Shown here piece after piece: positions 20,730-30,088 of a stretch of DNA of 64,000 nucleotides. Made by a program: the position numbers and the translations under genes. Source of the stretch: Myxococcota bacterium (lineage in GTDB: Bacteria > Myxococcota > XYA12-FULL-58-9 > JALHOP01); assembly GCA_041288095.1 (NCBI GenBank), contig JBGGMJ010000158.1, positions 1 through 64,000 of the forward strand. Reading direction: 5' to 3'. The stretch's first letter is position 1. Each line of letters starts with the position of its first letter. A model generated the notes under the pieces. That model ran no database searches. It was not told where the DNA came from and was given only the letters and a program-made list of their open reading frames with translations.

Positions 20730-22985
20730 ATGAAGGAGCTCATGCGCTTCTCACTTTTGACGGTCCTCGCTATCGCGTTGACTTCGACAACCGCCTCGGC
20801 TGTCGAGCCCGAATCACCGTTCAAGCAACAACAGGCACTCGATACGCCACCACCACCCGCTGGTGGGTCGGCGCAGCTGAAGAACGTCTTCCGCTTGCTC
20901 GGTGAAGAAGCCGAGATCAAGACGGCGGTCGCCACCAAGGTCGCGCAGAGACAGATCGACGCGCCCGCGGTCATCGAGGTCATAACCTCGCAGCAACTCC
21001 AGGCCGCCGGCTACACGTCGGTCGCGGAGGCGCTCGAGCGTATCCCTGGCCTCGCTCTCAACTCCGACCTCGTCTACTCGAACGTCGGCGTTCGCGGCAC
21101 CAGCGGCGGTCTGCGCAGCGGCGCCCGCCACCTCAAGGTGCTGATCGACGGCCAGCCGGTCGCGTTCCGCCCGGACGCGCAGAACTTCCTCGGCCAAGAG
21201 CTCATCCCCATCAGCGTCATCGACCGCATCGAAGTCCTGCGCGGCCCGGCGTCGGCTCTCTACGGTCTCAACGCCTTCCTCGGCGTCGTGAACATCGTCA
21301 CCAAGCAAGCCGCGGCTCCGGCCGACGGCACCCACGTGCCCGGCGAATACGCTGTCCTCGGTCGCGGCTATGCGGTCAACTCCAACTGGGGCGCCGGTGG
21401 CGAGGCCCTCCTCGTCGACCGCTATGGCGGTCTCGCGGTCACCTTGGCGGCGCACTACAGCTACATCGATCGCTCGGGTCTCACCCTGCCGTCGCGTGGC
21501 CCGGCCGTCTCGGACTACTCGCTCACCGAAGAGAGCCGCGACGATATCTCGCGTCCGGCGTCGGCGTTCGCGTCGTTCGGCTACGACACCGGCAGCTTCG
21601 GCAAGTTCACCCTGACCGCCAACTATCAGCAGCTCGATAACGTCGGTGAGTTCGTCGACTACGGCGCCTTGAGCCACGGCACGCGCATCAACCTGAACAA
21701 CTGGTTCGTGCGTCTGCGCCACGAGCTCGAGCTCGACATACTCCGACTGACCACCTACGCCGCCTACTCCGGCGGTGGGCCGATGGGCAACGACGTCATC
21801 CAGCCGGTGGTCAACGGTCTGCCGCTCTCGTATCGCATCGAGCGCGACTTCGGCTATCGCGCCATCGACGTCGGAACCGAAGCGTCGGTGCCCTTGCTCA
21901 CCCAGAGCGTGGTGCTCGCCGGCGCCGAGTTCACCAACGACCAGGAAAGCATCCGTACCAACAGCTTCGTCTCGAACACGACCGGCGTCCGCCTCGATGG
22001 CGGCAGCCCCGGGACCCAGAACTTCAACAACATCGCCGGTTACGCGCAGGCTCTGTGGCGCGAGCTCGAGTGGCTCCAGTTGGCGGCCAACATCCGCTAC
22101 GACCACAGCAACCAGTTCGGCTCGAACATCAACTATCGTGGTGGCGCGGTCATCGCGGTCGGCGACGACCTGCGCATCAAGCTGCTCTCCGGCTCCTCCT
22201 ACCGCGGTCCGACGCCCGAGCAGCTCTACGGCACCCCGCTCGCGCCAGGCGACGTTCAGGGCTCGCTCTCGGCGGTCAATCCGCGCCAGCTCGACCCGCA
22301 GACGGCGTTGACGCAGGAGATCTCGATCAATCACGAGCTCCACGCCGACCAGACGACTTTGCGCAGCCAGCTCAACGGCTACTACACGAGCATCAAGAAC
22401 CGCATCGAGTTTCTCCGTGAAGCCGGTCAGCTGCGCCCGACCAACAGCGCCACGTCGAAGACCTGGGGCGGCGAGCTGTCGCTCTCGTGGATCCAGAATC
22501 AGATCGCCGACGTGCTCTCACTGCAGCTCTCGGGCTCGGTATCGTTCGCGGACACCACCATCGACGCCAACGCCAACGTCTTGACGGACCGCGAAATCGA
22601 GCGCCTCACCATCAACGAGCTCTATCCCAAGTGGATGTACAAGGGCTTCGCGACGCTCCAGGCGCCGACGCTGCACTTGCGCCTCTACGGCCAGATCATC
22701 GCCTACGGTGAGCGTCTGCAATCGCAGATCAACCAGACCTACAATCGCCCGTTGGTCGGCGAGCCGGCTTACACCCTGCCCGCCTCCTACCCGGTCGACC
22801 TCACGCTTTCGACGATGGGCCTGAGCATCATCGAGGGCACGGTCGACAGCGCGGAGTACGAGACGGTGCTGTCGGTGAGCGTCCGCGACGTGTTCAACTC
22901 GCAGTCGCCGGAGCCGGGCTTCAACGGCATCAACCTGCCGCCGCTCGGCCGCCGCTACTACATCACGCTGCGCCAGCAGTTCTAG
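20730..22985 (+). CDS. TonB-dependent outer-membrane receptor
   Basis: Signal peptide; plug motifs APAVIEVIT...AEALERIPG and IDRIEVLRGPASALYG.NA..GVVNIVTK; C-terminal Phe. Confidence 0.93.
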   Translation: MKELMRFSLLTVLAIALTSTTASAVEPESPFKQQQALDTPPPPAGGSAQLKNVFRLLGEEAEIKTAVATKVAQRQIDAPAVIEVITSQQLQAAGYTSVAEALERIPGLALNSDLVYSNVGVRGTSGGLRSGARHLKVLIDGQPVAFRPDAQNFLGQELIPISVIDRIEVLRGPASALYGLNAFLGVVNIVTKQAAAPADGTHVPGEYAVLGRGYAVNSNWGAGGEALLVDRYGGLAVTLAAHYSYIDRSGLTLPSRGPAVSDYSLTEESRDDISRPASAFASFGYDTGSFGKFTLTANYQQLDNVGEFVDYGALSHGTRINLNNWFVRLRHELELDILRLTTYAAYSGGGPMGNDVIQPVVNGLPLSYRIERDFGYRAIDVGTEASVPLLTQSVVLAGAEFTNDQESIRTNSFVSNTTGVRLDGGSPGTQNFNNIAGYAQALWRELEWLQLAANIRYDHSNQFGSNINYRGGAVIAVGDDLRIKLLSGSSYRGPTPEQLYGTPLAPGDVQGSLSAVNPRQLDPQTALTQEISINHELHADQTTLRSQLNGYYTSIKNRIEFLREAGQLRPTNSATSKTWGGELSLSWIQNQIADVLSLQLSGSVSFADTTIDANANVLTDREIERLTINELYPKWMYKGFATLQAPTLHLRLYGQIIAYGERLQSQINQTYNRPLVGEPAYTLPASYPVDLTLSTMGLSIIEGTVDSAEYETVLSVSVRDVFNSQSPEPGFNGINLPPLGRRYYITLRQQF

Positions 22986-25147
22986 GCGATATCGATCAGG
23001 ACCAGGGTCATGTCGTCCCCCTGCGGCACGTCGCGGGGGTGGACGGCATCGACGCTGCGCATGATACCGCGCAGGGCTTCGTCCAAGGGCAGGTTACGGC
23101 TGTCGCTCAAGAACTTGCGCATCGAGCGCACGCCGAGCTCCTGTCCGCTCGCCGTGTGAAACTCGTAGAGACCGTCGGTGAAGCACATGAGGCGCGAGCC
23201 CGGATGAACCGAGACCTCGGCACGTCCGACCGTGAACGTCTCCGTGGGCAGCCCGAGCGGTGTGCCACGCGTGACCGCCGCCGAGACCTTGCCTTCGGCG
23301 TTCATGGCGAGGATGTGCGGCGCGGCGGCGCTGTAGATGTGCGCGGTGCTGCCCTGCTTCGGGATCTCGAGGATGGCCATGGTCATGTGGTAGTCGCCGT
23401 GCGCCATGCCCCAGAGCTCGTTGTGGAGGAGCTGGAGCAGGTCGACGGCGCCTATGTGCGGCGAGAGCGTGCGCGCCAATCGGGTTGCACTGGCGATCGA
23501 TCCGGTGACCATCGCGGAACCTGCACCATGGCCGGAGACGTCGCCGATGAAGACACGGACGCGCTCTTCGTCTTGATCGTGCCACCACCAGTCGCCACCA
23601 CAGTCGTCGGCGGCGCGGTAGAAGGCGGCGAGCTGGACGCGGTCCCTGCGAACGAGCGTATCGCGCGGCAGCAACATCGTCTGGACGGCGGCAATGAGCG
23701 CCAGGTCCTTCTTGTGGGACGCCGCGAGGATGTCGTTGGCGCTCGCCAACCGGTCCGCGAGGCCGCGCTTTTCGGCGAGCAGCGCTTCCGATGTGCTCTC
23801 AAGCTCGCGATAGGCGCGCGCCAGCACGGCGAGCGGCGGTGTCGCCGACCCGATCCAGGTCTTATAGGGCGTCTGCGCGGGCAGCTCGGTGTCGGTGGTC
23901 TCGCCCAGCAGACGGACGCGGTCGGGTAGCTCTTCGAGCAGGGCCTCGACGTCCTTGCTCATGAGGCCGAGCGCCTTGCCCGTGGCCATGGCGGCGGCGT
24001 TGTTGGCGACGATGTCCCCGGTCTCGAACACCGCGGCCAGACGCTCGGCGGCCCAAGCGACGCGCGCCAGAGCATCGCCGGGCACCTCACGCTCGTGATG
24101 GCTCTGGACCGCCACGATCATGTCTTCATCGAGGTTCCAGGCTTGGGCGACCTCGAGGATGCGCTCGGGGTGCTCGATCTCGTTGCCGACGTGCTCACGC
24201 TGTAGGCGCGACGCCGCCGGAGCCATGCCGATCTCGAGAGCGCCCGCCGGGTCGTGGATGGCGCGGATCAACAGGCCGGCATCGAGCAGGAAGCCCGTGG
24301 CCGTGGCGCGCTCGACGTCGACGACCGCGGTGCGCGTGGCGATGAGGTGACAAGCGATGGCGCGGCGGTAGACCAGCGCCGTCAGATAGCCGCTCATGTC
24401 GCTACGTCGGTGCACGAGGTCGAGCACGGTGGCGGCGACAGCGGCGGCATCCACACCCTGCTTGCCGAGGGTCCCGAGCAAGGCGCCCACGTCGCTCGCG
24501 TAGCCGCGCGGCGCGAACAAGCCGGCTTCGGCGAGCGACTTGAGATGCGCGTGGAACCGCGGATTGTCGGTGAGCAAGCGAGCGACGCCGCTCACCTGCG
24601 ACGACTTCTGCGGACCAGCGATGGTGTTGCTCGACGCCCCGAACGCCAAAGCGGACAAGGCCATCGACAGCTCACCGAAGTTCACCGGCTTGGTGAGCAT
24701 GCGGTTGCCGCCCTGGGCGATGAGCTCGTTCTCGGTGTAGCGCGCGCTGTAGCCGGTCACGAAGATGATGGGCAGGTCACGCCGGACCGGCACCTGCTTG
24801 GCATAGGGCGGCAGCTTGCTCGTATCCAGGGCGCCGCGCACCAGCTTGGTCAGGTCGATGCCGGAGAGCCGCGAGCCTTGCAGCTCGATGTCCATGAGCA
24901 CGGCCGCGAATTGCCGTGACTCGTCGCTGAGAGCCTTGCACGCCTCCTCGTCGTTGCGCGCCCACACGAGATCGAAGCGCCGCCGCAGCTGCAGCTCGGT
25001 GACCTCCCAGTTGTCGCGGTTATCCTCGATATAGAGGAGCGTCGCGCGTTCCGCGGTAGCGGCCAAGTGGGCCGGCCGCCCCGCAGTGCCGGCGGACCCG
25101 CCGCCGCCCAAACGTCGTAAGCCAGTCCGACCAATCTCCCGCATCAA
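22982..25147 (-). CDS. REC - HDOD-like - coiled coil - SpoIIE/PP2C phosphatase
   Basis: YIEDN...LMDIEL...TKP receiver; GFLLDAG...AWNL...VQSHH HDOD-like region; QTMLLP, GGDW, GDVSGHG, FTDGL, DDMT phosphatase motifs. Confidence 0.88.
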   Translation of the reverse strand: MMREIGRTGLRRLGGGGSAGTAGRPAHLAATAERATLLYIEDNRDNWEVTELQLRRRFDLVWARNDEEACKALSDESRQFAAVLMDIELQGSRLSGIDLTKLVRGALDTSKLPPYAKQVPVRRDLPIIFVTGYSARYTENELIAQGGNRMLTKPVNFGELSMALSALAFGASSNTIAGPQKSSQVSGVARLLTDNPRFHAHLKSLAEAGLFAPRGYASDVGALLGTLGKQGVDAAAVAATVLDLVHRRSDMSGYLTALVYRRAIACHLIATRTAVVDVERATATGFLLDAGLLIRAIHDPAGALEIGMAPAASRLQREHVGNEIEHPERILEVAQAWNLDEDMIVAVQSHHEREVPGDALARVAWAAERLAAVFETGDIVANNAAAMATGKALGLMSKDVEALLEELPDRVRLLGETTDTELPAQTPYKTWIGSATPPLAVLARAYRELESTSEALLAEKRGLADRLASANDILAASHKKDLALIAAVQTMLLPRDTLVRRDRVQLAAFYRAADDCGGDWWWHDQDEERVRVFIGDVSGHGAGSAMVTGSIASATRLARTLSPHIGAVDLLQLLHNELWGMAHGDYHMTMAILEIPKQGSTAHIYSAAAPHILAMNAEGKVSAAVTRGTPLGLPTETFTVGRAEVSVHPGSRLMCFTDGLYEFHTASGQELGVRSMRKFLSDSRNLPLDEALRGIMRSVDAVHPRDVPQGDDMTLVLIDIA

Positions 25148-26148
25148 GCGCTCGTGCTGCGCGGCGTCTCGATGCGGCTGCGACGCTGATACTCCTGCAG
25201 AGCTCTCTGGTAAGCGACGTCTTCTTGGCTGCAGAGCGCGCCGTATGCGAGCCGCCAGTTGTACAGAAACAGCCGCAGGTCATGCTGGAACTCGGACCGG
25301 TATGCTTCGCCGACGTCGCCATCGAAGTTGACGACGATGCCCGCCTCGACAGCCTGCAAGGCCGGTGAGCGCCGGGTGTCACCGAAGATGCTGCGCCAGC
25401 CCCGCTTCATCGCGGCGCCGAGGCCCTTCTCGAGCGGCTGGCCGAGCACGCGCACCTGCACCGGGTAGGCGTATTCGCCGGGCTTCAAGCCAATCTCGGT
25501 GCCGGAGTGCAGGCGGTCGTAGCCGTTGTCTTGGCGCGCGCGCGTCAACGCTGCTCGCAAGCGCTCCGAGAGCTCGGCGTCGAGGTCGACGTTCGAGAAG
25601 AACGTCAGCTTCGCGGCGAACTTGTACTCGAGGTGCTTCAAGCTGCTGCGCATGACCGCCTCGAGATCCGTCTTCGAGGACAGCTTCTGGAAGCAGGCCG
25701 CGAAGCCCTCGAGCTGGCCCTTGAGCGCCACGAGAGTGCGGATATCCTGCGAGGCACGCAGCGCCGCGCGGATGACCGCATAGAGACGATCGGGCGTGGC
25801 GTCGGGCTTGGCCAAGTAGCTGTCGATGTCGTATTCGTTGAGGACCTTGTCCTCGGGCGCGACACCGGGCTGACCCGTACGAAGGACGATGCGCAGCGAC
25901 CGCTCGCAGACGCGGCGCAGGACGCGGCACAAGTTCAGGCCGGCGTCGTCGCTCTCCATGATGACGTCGACGAGAGCTACGTCGAAGACATCGGGTTTGT
26001 CCTTGACGATCTCTTCGGCCTCTTTGGCGCTCTTCGCACTCGTGATCGTGAATTTCCGACCGCGCCAATGCTTATGCTTCAGCGCCAGCTCGGTGATGGT
26101 GTGAACGTCGGGCTCATCGTCGACTACCAGAACGTGCCAATTGTGCAC
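25144..26148 (-). CDS. Response regulator: receiver domain plus uncharacterised C-terminal domain
   Basis: VLVVDDEPDVH, LVDVIMESDDAGL, IVLRTGQPG.APE; GGAG RBS before GTG 26148; 4-nt overlap with the phosphatase gene. Confidence 0.85.
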   Translation of the reverse strand: MHNWHVLVVDDEPDVHTITELALKHKHWRGRKFTITSAKSAKEAEEIVKDKPDVFDVALVDVIMESDDAGLNLCRVLRRVCERSLRIVLRTGQPGVAPEDKVLNEYDIDSYLAKPDATPDRLYAVIRAALRASQDIRTLVALKGQLEGFAACFQKLSSKTDLEAVMRSSLKHLEYKFAAKLTFFSNVDLDAELSERLRAALTRARQDNGYDRLHSGTEIGLKPGEYAYPVQVRVLGQPLEKGLGAAMKRGWRSIFGDTRRSPALQAVEAGIVVNFDGDVGEAYRSEFQHDLRLFLYNWRLAYGALCSQEDVAYQRALQEYQRRSRIETPRSTSA

Positions 26149-26227
26149 TTCGGACTCCGAACCTGAGTGTTGTCTTCTGTCGACCGGACAAGGGTAGCCA
26201 ATGAAGCTTGGCGTTTCAACGTAGACG

Positions 26228-28150
26228 CTATCGTAACATCGACGGATCGTACGCCACCCACGCGTCGAGACCGAGCGTGCGCATTGCACGGGCCCCCGCG
26301 GCGTCGGTGTTCATCCGTTTCATCGCCGCTACGAGCTTGGTTTGCAGCTCCGGCGTGGCCACATCCGAGATCGCGCACATCGGCGGACGCACGATGGGCT
26401 TGGTCTCGCTGAGCTTGCGGATGGCGTTTTCGGCGCCCGGCTGGATGGTTTTGATGACCTCCAGGCTCTCTGGCATGACCAGCGCCGCGTCCACCTGGCC
26501 GAAGACCAAGGCGAGCAACGCGTCCACGTCCTTCGAGACCGGAATCACCGTTACGCCTTCCATCTTCACGCCGCTCGCGGTGAGGGTACGCACCACATCG
26601 GCGGCGCCGCCGCCCGCGGAGGTCGCCGCGACGGTAGCCATCTTCTCGCTACCCGCGGCGGCGAACAAGACTTTGCGATAGCGGACATCGCCCTTGTACG
26701 ACGGGACGAGGAGCGGCACGAGATTGCCCGCTTTGCCGCGGCGCTGCACGTAGGCGGAGGGCAAGATGGCGAAGTCCGCCTGACCGTTGCGCGCGAGCTT
26801 CTCGAACGTCCCGATGCTGCGCACCGGCTGCAGCTTGAGCTGCGGATCGACGCTACGCAAGAACTCGCTGAACCAGTTGGTGATCTGCAAGATGGCTTCG
26901 TGGTTGGCGTCGGGATCGTAGAAGACGACGGTGCGCCCCTCGCGCGGCTTGCGTACCCGCGGCGGATCGGCCGGCTTCGTCGTGGTCCCATCAGGCTTGG
27001 TCACCGTGCCGTCCGGCTTGGTGCCGGTCGTGCCGGTCTTGCCGGTCTGCTTCGGGTTCGTCGTCGAGGTCCCGTGGTCGTCGGGCTTGTCGGGTTTGGT
27101 CTGCGTCGCGGTGGCCACCGTCGTCTCGCCTGGACCGGCCTCGACCTCCTCGCTGGCTTCGGCGGCGCGCAGCTTGTCGGCGTCGGAGGAGATGATCTTG
27201 TTGATGCTGCCGAGGTTCGCGACCGGGATGTCGAGGCTAATCTTCCGCGCCACGTCGAGGTTGAGGGCGAGATAGGCGCCGATCGGCGGCTGCAAGCCGA
27301 TCTCGGCGGGCGATTTGCCGCCGAGGATGGCGTTCACGATATTCGCCGTCTGGGCACCGAGCGACGTCAGGTCGACGGAGACCGCGGCGGTGGCGCCGGC
27401 CTGCGCGAACTCCTCGGCGAGCGAGGCGAGGAACGGCACGCGCGTCTCGTGCGACTTGTCGCGGAGGAAATAGAACTCGCTCTCGGTGAAGATGACGGGG
27501 TCGTTGATCTGCCAGATGGCGTCATAGCCGGCGAGCGACTTGGGGAAGCTCGTCTTCACCTCGTCGGGGCCCGCGACACTCATGGCGACGAGCTCGATGT
27601 CGAGCTTCGCGAGCTGCTCCTTGGCCCGCGTCGCGAACGCCTGGCTGCTGGGCGAGTGGAACGCCAAGACCTTGCGCATGCCGGGCAACACCAAGCGGAA
27701 CTGCGCGAAGGTGTTGACCACCGAGGTCTCGAGCGCGACGCCAGCGACTTGTGGCTGCCCGAGCACCTTCAGGCGATCGGGATCGAGCACCATGGCGAAG
27801 ACGTTGGGCAAGTCCGGGAAGGCGCTGCGCGCGAACACGGTCGCTTGCGAGCCGAGGGTGAACAGCAGCGCCGGCTTGTCCGCTTTGACGGCACGCGCGA
27901 GCGCCGACTCTTGTCCGCTCTTCACGGTGTAGAGCGAGACCTGACCCGGTACCGACTCGGTGAAGCCGCGGATCGGGGTGTCGTAGATAGGATTATCGCT
28001 GCTCCGCAGAACCACGACTGTCGGCGCGCCCGCGGTCGTCGCCGGACGCACGTTGTCGGCCGGCAATGGCGCGCAGGCAGCGGCGAAGATCGCCAGTGCG
28101 ACTAACGCGATGACGTTCGTGGGATGAAGCCGGCCCGTGGGAAGGGACAT
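26228..28150 (-). CDS. Lipoprotein fusing an ABC substrate-binding-like domain to a PhnD-like binding domain via a Thr/Lys/Pro/Asp-rich linker
   Basis: Lipobox-like FAAAC; GA.AAVSVD...G.Q.A......L.G and LNL.VA...L.IP (ABC_sub_bind-like); TKPDG repeats; DALLALVFGQVDAAL (phosphonate-binding-like); start uncertain. Confidence 0.72.
   Translation of the reverse strand: MSLPTGRLHPTNVIALVALAIFAAACAPLPADNVRPATTAGAPTVVVLRSSDNPIYDTPIRGFTESVPGQVSLYTVKSGQESALARAVKADKPALLFTLGSQATVFARSAFPDLPNVFAMVLDPDRLKVLGQPQVAGVALETSVVNTFAQFRLVLPGMRKVLAFHSPSSQAFATRAKEQLAKLDIELVAMSVAGPDEVKTSFPKSLAGYDAIWQINDPVIFTESEFYFLRDKSHETRVPFLASLAEEFAQAGATAAVSVDLTSLGAQTANIVNAILGGKSPAEIGLQPPIGAYLALNLDVARKISLDIPVANLGSINKIISSDADKLRAAEASEEVEAGPGETTVATATQTKPDKPDDHGTSTTNPKQTGKTGTTGTKPDGTVTKPDGTTTKPADPPRVRKPREGRTVVFYDPDANHEAILQITNWFSEFLRSVDPQLKLQPVRSIGTFEKLARNGQADFAILPSAYVQRRGKAGNLVPLLVPSYKGDVRYRKVLFAAAGSEKMATVAATSAGGGAADVVRTLTASGVKMEGVTVIPVSKDVDALLALVFGQVDAALVMPESLEVIKTIQPGAENAIRKLSETKPIVRPPMCAISDVATPELQTKLVAAMKRMNTDAAGARAMRTLGLDAWVAYDPSMLR
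26965..27105 (-). repeat. Low-complexity coding repeat (TKPDG/TGKT) in the lipoprotein linker
   Basis: TKPDKPDD...TGKTGTTGTKPDGTVTKPDGTTTKPADPP. Confidence 0.6.
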
Positions 28151-28243
28151 TAGGGAGCTCATGTGGTCGGTGACCCCAGAAATAGCGTTGATTCGGTTTA
28201 GCATTCGTTGGACTGGGGTGCTAGCATCGCATCAACCCCTCGC

Positions 28244-30082
28244 ATGCTCCCTCTCGCTCTGTGGCTAGCCACCGTCGCAGTCGGCCAGACGCCCAACCCC
28301 GTCGAGATGGCCAGCCAGGCTCGCGCTCTCCCTGGTTCGCCGCGCGCGTACTTGGTGGACGCCGACACGGGGCTGTCGTTCACCGCGCACGGCCCTACCT
28401 TCATCCTCCTACAGGTGCGCACAAAGGTGCAGCGCAGTAAGACCCTCATCGACATCACCCGTGACGATCGCTACGTGTCCCGCAATCAAGTCCGCTTTCG
28501 AAGACTGCGCGGCGTGGCGGGCTACGATTACGTGACCCTGCTGTCCCTCAAGGTGCCCGAGGGAGACCACCAGTACAGAATCTCGGGTAACGGCGTCGCC
28601 TTCGTCGCCATCGTCGACGTCACCCCCTCGTTCGCCAAGCCTTTCGCCGCGGCCGCCGAAGAAGACACGCGCGCGGTCGCGCAGGCCGAGCAACCGATCA
28701 CTCCGACCAATCCACCACCAGGCGACACGACTCCGCCACCCACCGATCAGACGGCGCCAGGCGACACGGGCGACATCAGCTACGACCTGGGCGACCTCGG
28801 CACCGAGCCGGCGACGGTGAGCAGCACCTCGAGCTCGGCCCTGCAAGTACCCCTTTCGGAGAGCGCGATCTTGTCGAAGCTCGACCAGGCCGACGACGCC
28901 CTCGCCATCGGCGGCCAGCTGTTCCCGCGCTTCTTCTACAACAACGTCGAGCCGCGCTCGGCCGCGACGAAGGAGCACCAGGTCGTCCAGAGCAACCTCG
29001 TGGACGTCTACTTCGACGCTCGCCCAGCGGACCAACTGCGTGGCTACTTCCGCGTGCGCCTCATCAACAGCCAGGGGCTCACGCGCGGCGCGCCCGACAA
29101 CAACATATTCGTGCTCGATCAGCTTTGGCTCAAGTGGAGCATCGCCCGGACGCTCTTCATCACCCTCGGCAAGCAGCCCGTCCGCTGGGGCGTGGGCTAC
29201 TTCTGGAACCCGAGCGACATCTTGAACCCGACCAAGCGCGATCCGCTCGCGCCCTTCGATCAACGCACCGGCCTGGGCCTGCTCAAGCTCCACATGCCCA
29301 TCGAGAGCCTCGGCTGGAACTTCTACGCCATCCTCGATCTACAAGGGCTGGACGAGCCCCAGCGCGTACCCGTGGTGACGCGCGGTGAGTTCGTCTTGGG
29401 TCTCGCCGAGCTCACGGTGACGGGCTTGTTCGCCAAGGGCCGTCACCCGCTGCTCACCAGCACGCTCAACGCCGGCTTCTGGATCTTCGACTTCAAGGGC
29501 GAGATCGCGACGTCGCAGGGGCCGATTCAGCCGCGCTGGCGCGGACCGTTCGAGCCGGAGAACGGCATCATCCCGGTGCGCGAGTCCACGGGCGACACCT
29601 GGCGCATCCAGGCCTCGGCGGCGCTCGAGATGACGCTCAAATACGTCACCAACGATGCCAAGGTCGCCGAGGACCAGGTGATCATCGGCGTGGAGGTCTA
29701 CCACAACGACGACGGCTACAACGAGCTGACGAAGCTCGCGTGGTTGCAGGCTCAGGGTGAGTTCAACTCGATCTACAGCGGCCGCGACTACGCCGGCGTT
29801 TACATCGTCGTACCGAAGCCCGGCTCCTGGGACGAGACGACGTTCGCCTTGTCGGGCATCACCAACCTTCGTGACCGCTCGTGGTTCACGCGCTTCGACT
29901 ACCGCGTCTCGCTGATGCGTTATCTGGCGCTGTCCGCGGCGGCGATTTACCACGGCGGCGACATCGGCTCGCTGCGCATGGGCTACGATCTCCCGGCGGT
30001 GGACGCGCCGGGCTTCACGGAGGGTCGTGAGCTGCCCACCGAGCGCTTCGAGCTACAGCTCGGCCTGCAGATCGCGCTGTAA
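28244..30082 (+). CDS. Probable outer-membrane beta-barrel protein with N-terminal domain and Pro/Thr linker
   Basis: Signal-like N-terminus; LDQLWLKW, TLGKQPVRWG.G.FWNPSD.LN motif; alternating beta pattern ending FELQLGLQIAL. Confidence 0.7.
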   Translation: MLPLALWLATVAVGQTPNPVEMASQARALPGSPRAYLVDADTGLSFTAHGPTFILLQVRTKVQRSKTLIDITRDDRYVSRNQVRFRRLRGVAGYDYVTLLSLKVPEGDHQYRISGNGVAFVAIVDVTPSFAKPFAAAAEEDTRAVAQAEQPITPTNPPPGDTTPPPTDQTAPGDTGDISYDLGDLGTEPATVSSTSSSALQVPLSESAILSKLDQADDALAIGGQLFPRFFYNNVEPRSAATKEHQVVQSNLVDVYFDARPADQLRGYFRVRLINSQGLTRGAPDNNIFVLDQLWLKWSIARTLFITLGKQPVRWGVGYFWNPSDILNPTKRDPLAPFDQRTGLGLLKLHMPIESLGWNFYAILDLQGLDEPQRVPVVTRGEFVLGLAELTVTGLFAKGRHPLLTSTLNAGFWIFDFKGEIATSQGPIQPRWRGPFEPENGIIPVRESTGDTWRIQASAALEMTLKYVTNDAKVAEDQVIIGVEVYHNDDGYNELTKLAWLQAQGEFNSIYSGRDYAGVYIVVPKPGSWDETTFALSGITNLRDRSWFTRFDYRVSLMRYLALSAAAIYHGGDIGSLRMGYDLPAVDAPGFTEGRELPTERFELQLGLQIAL

Positions 30083-30088
30083 ACCGCT

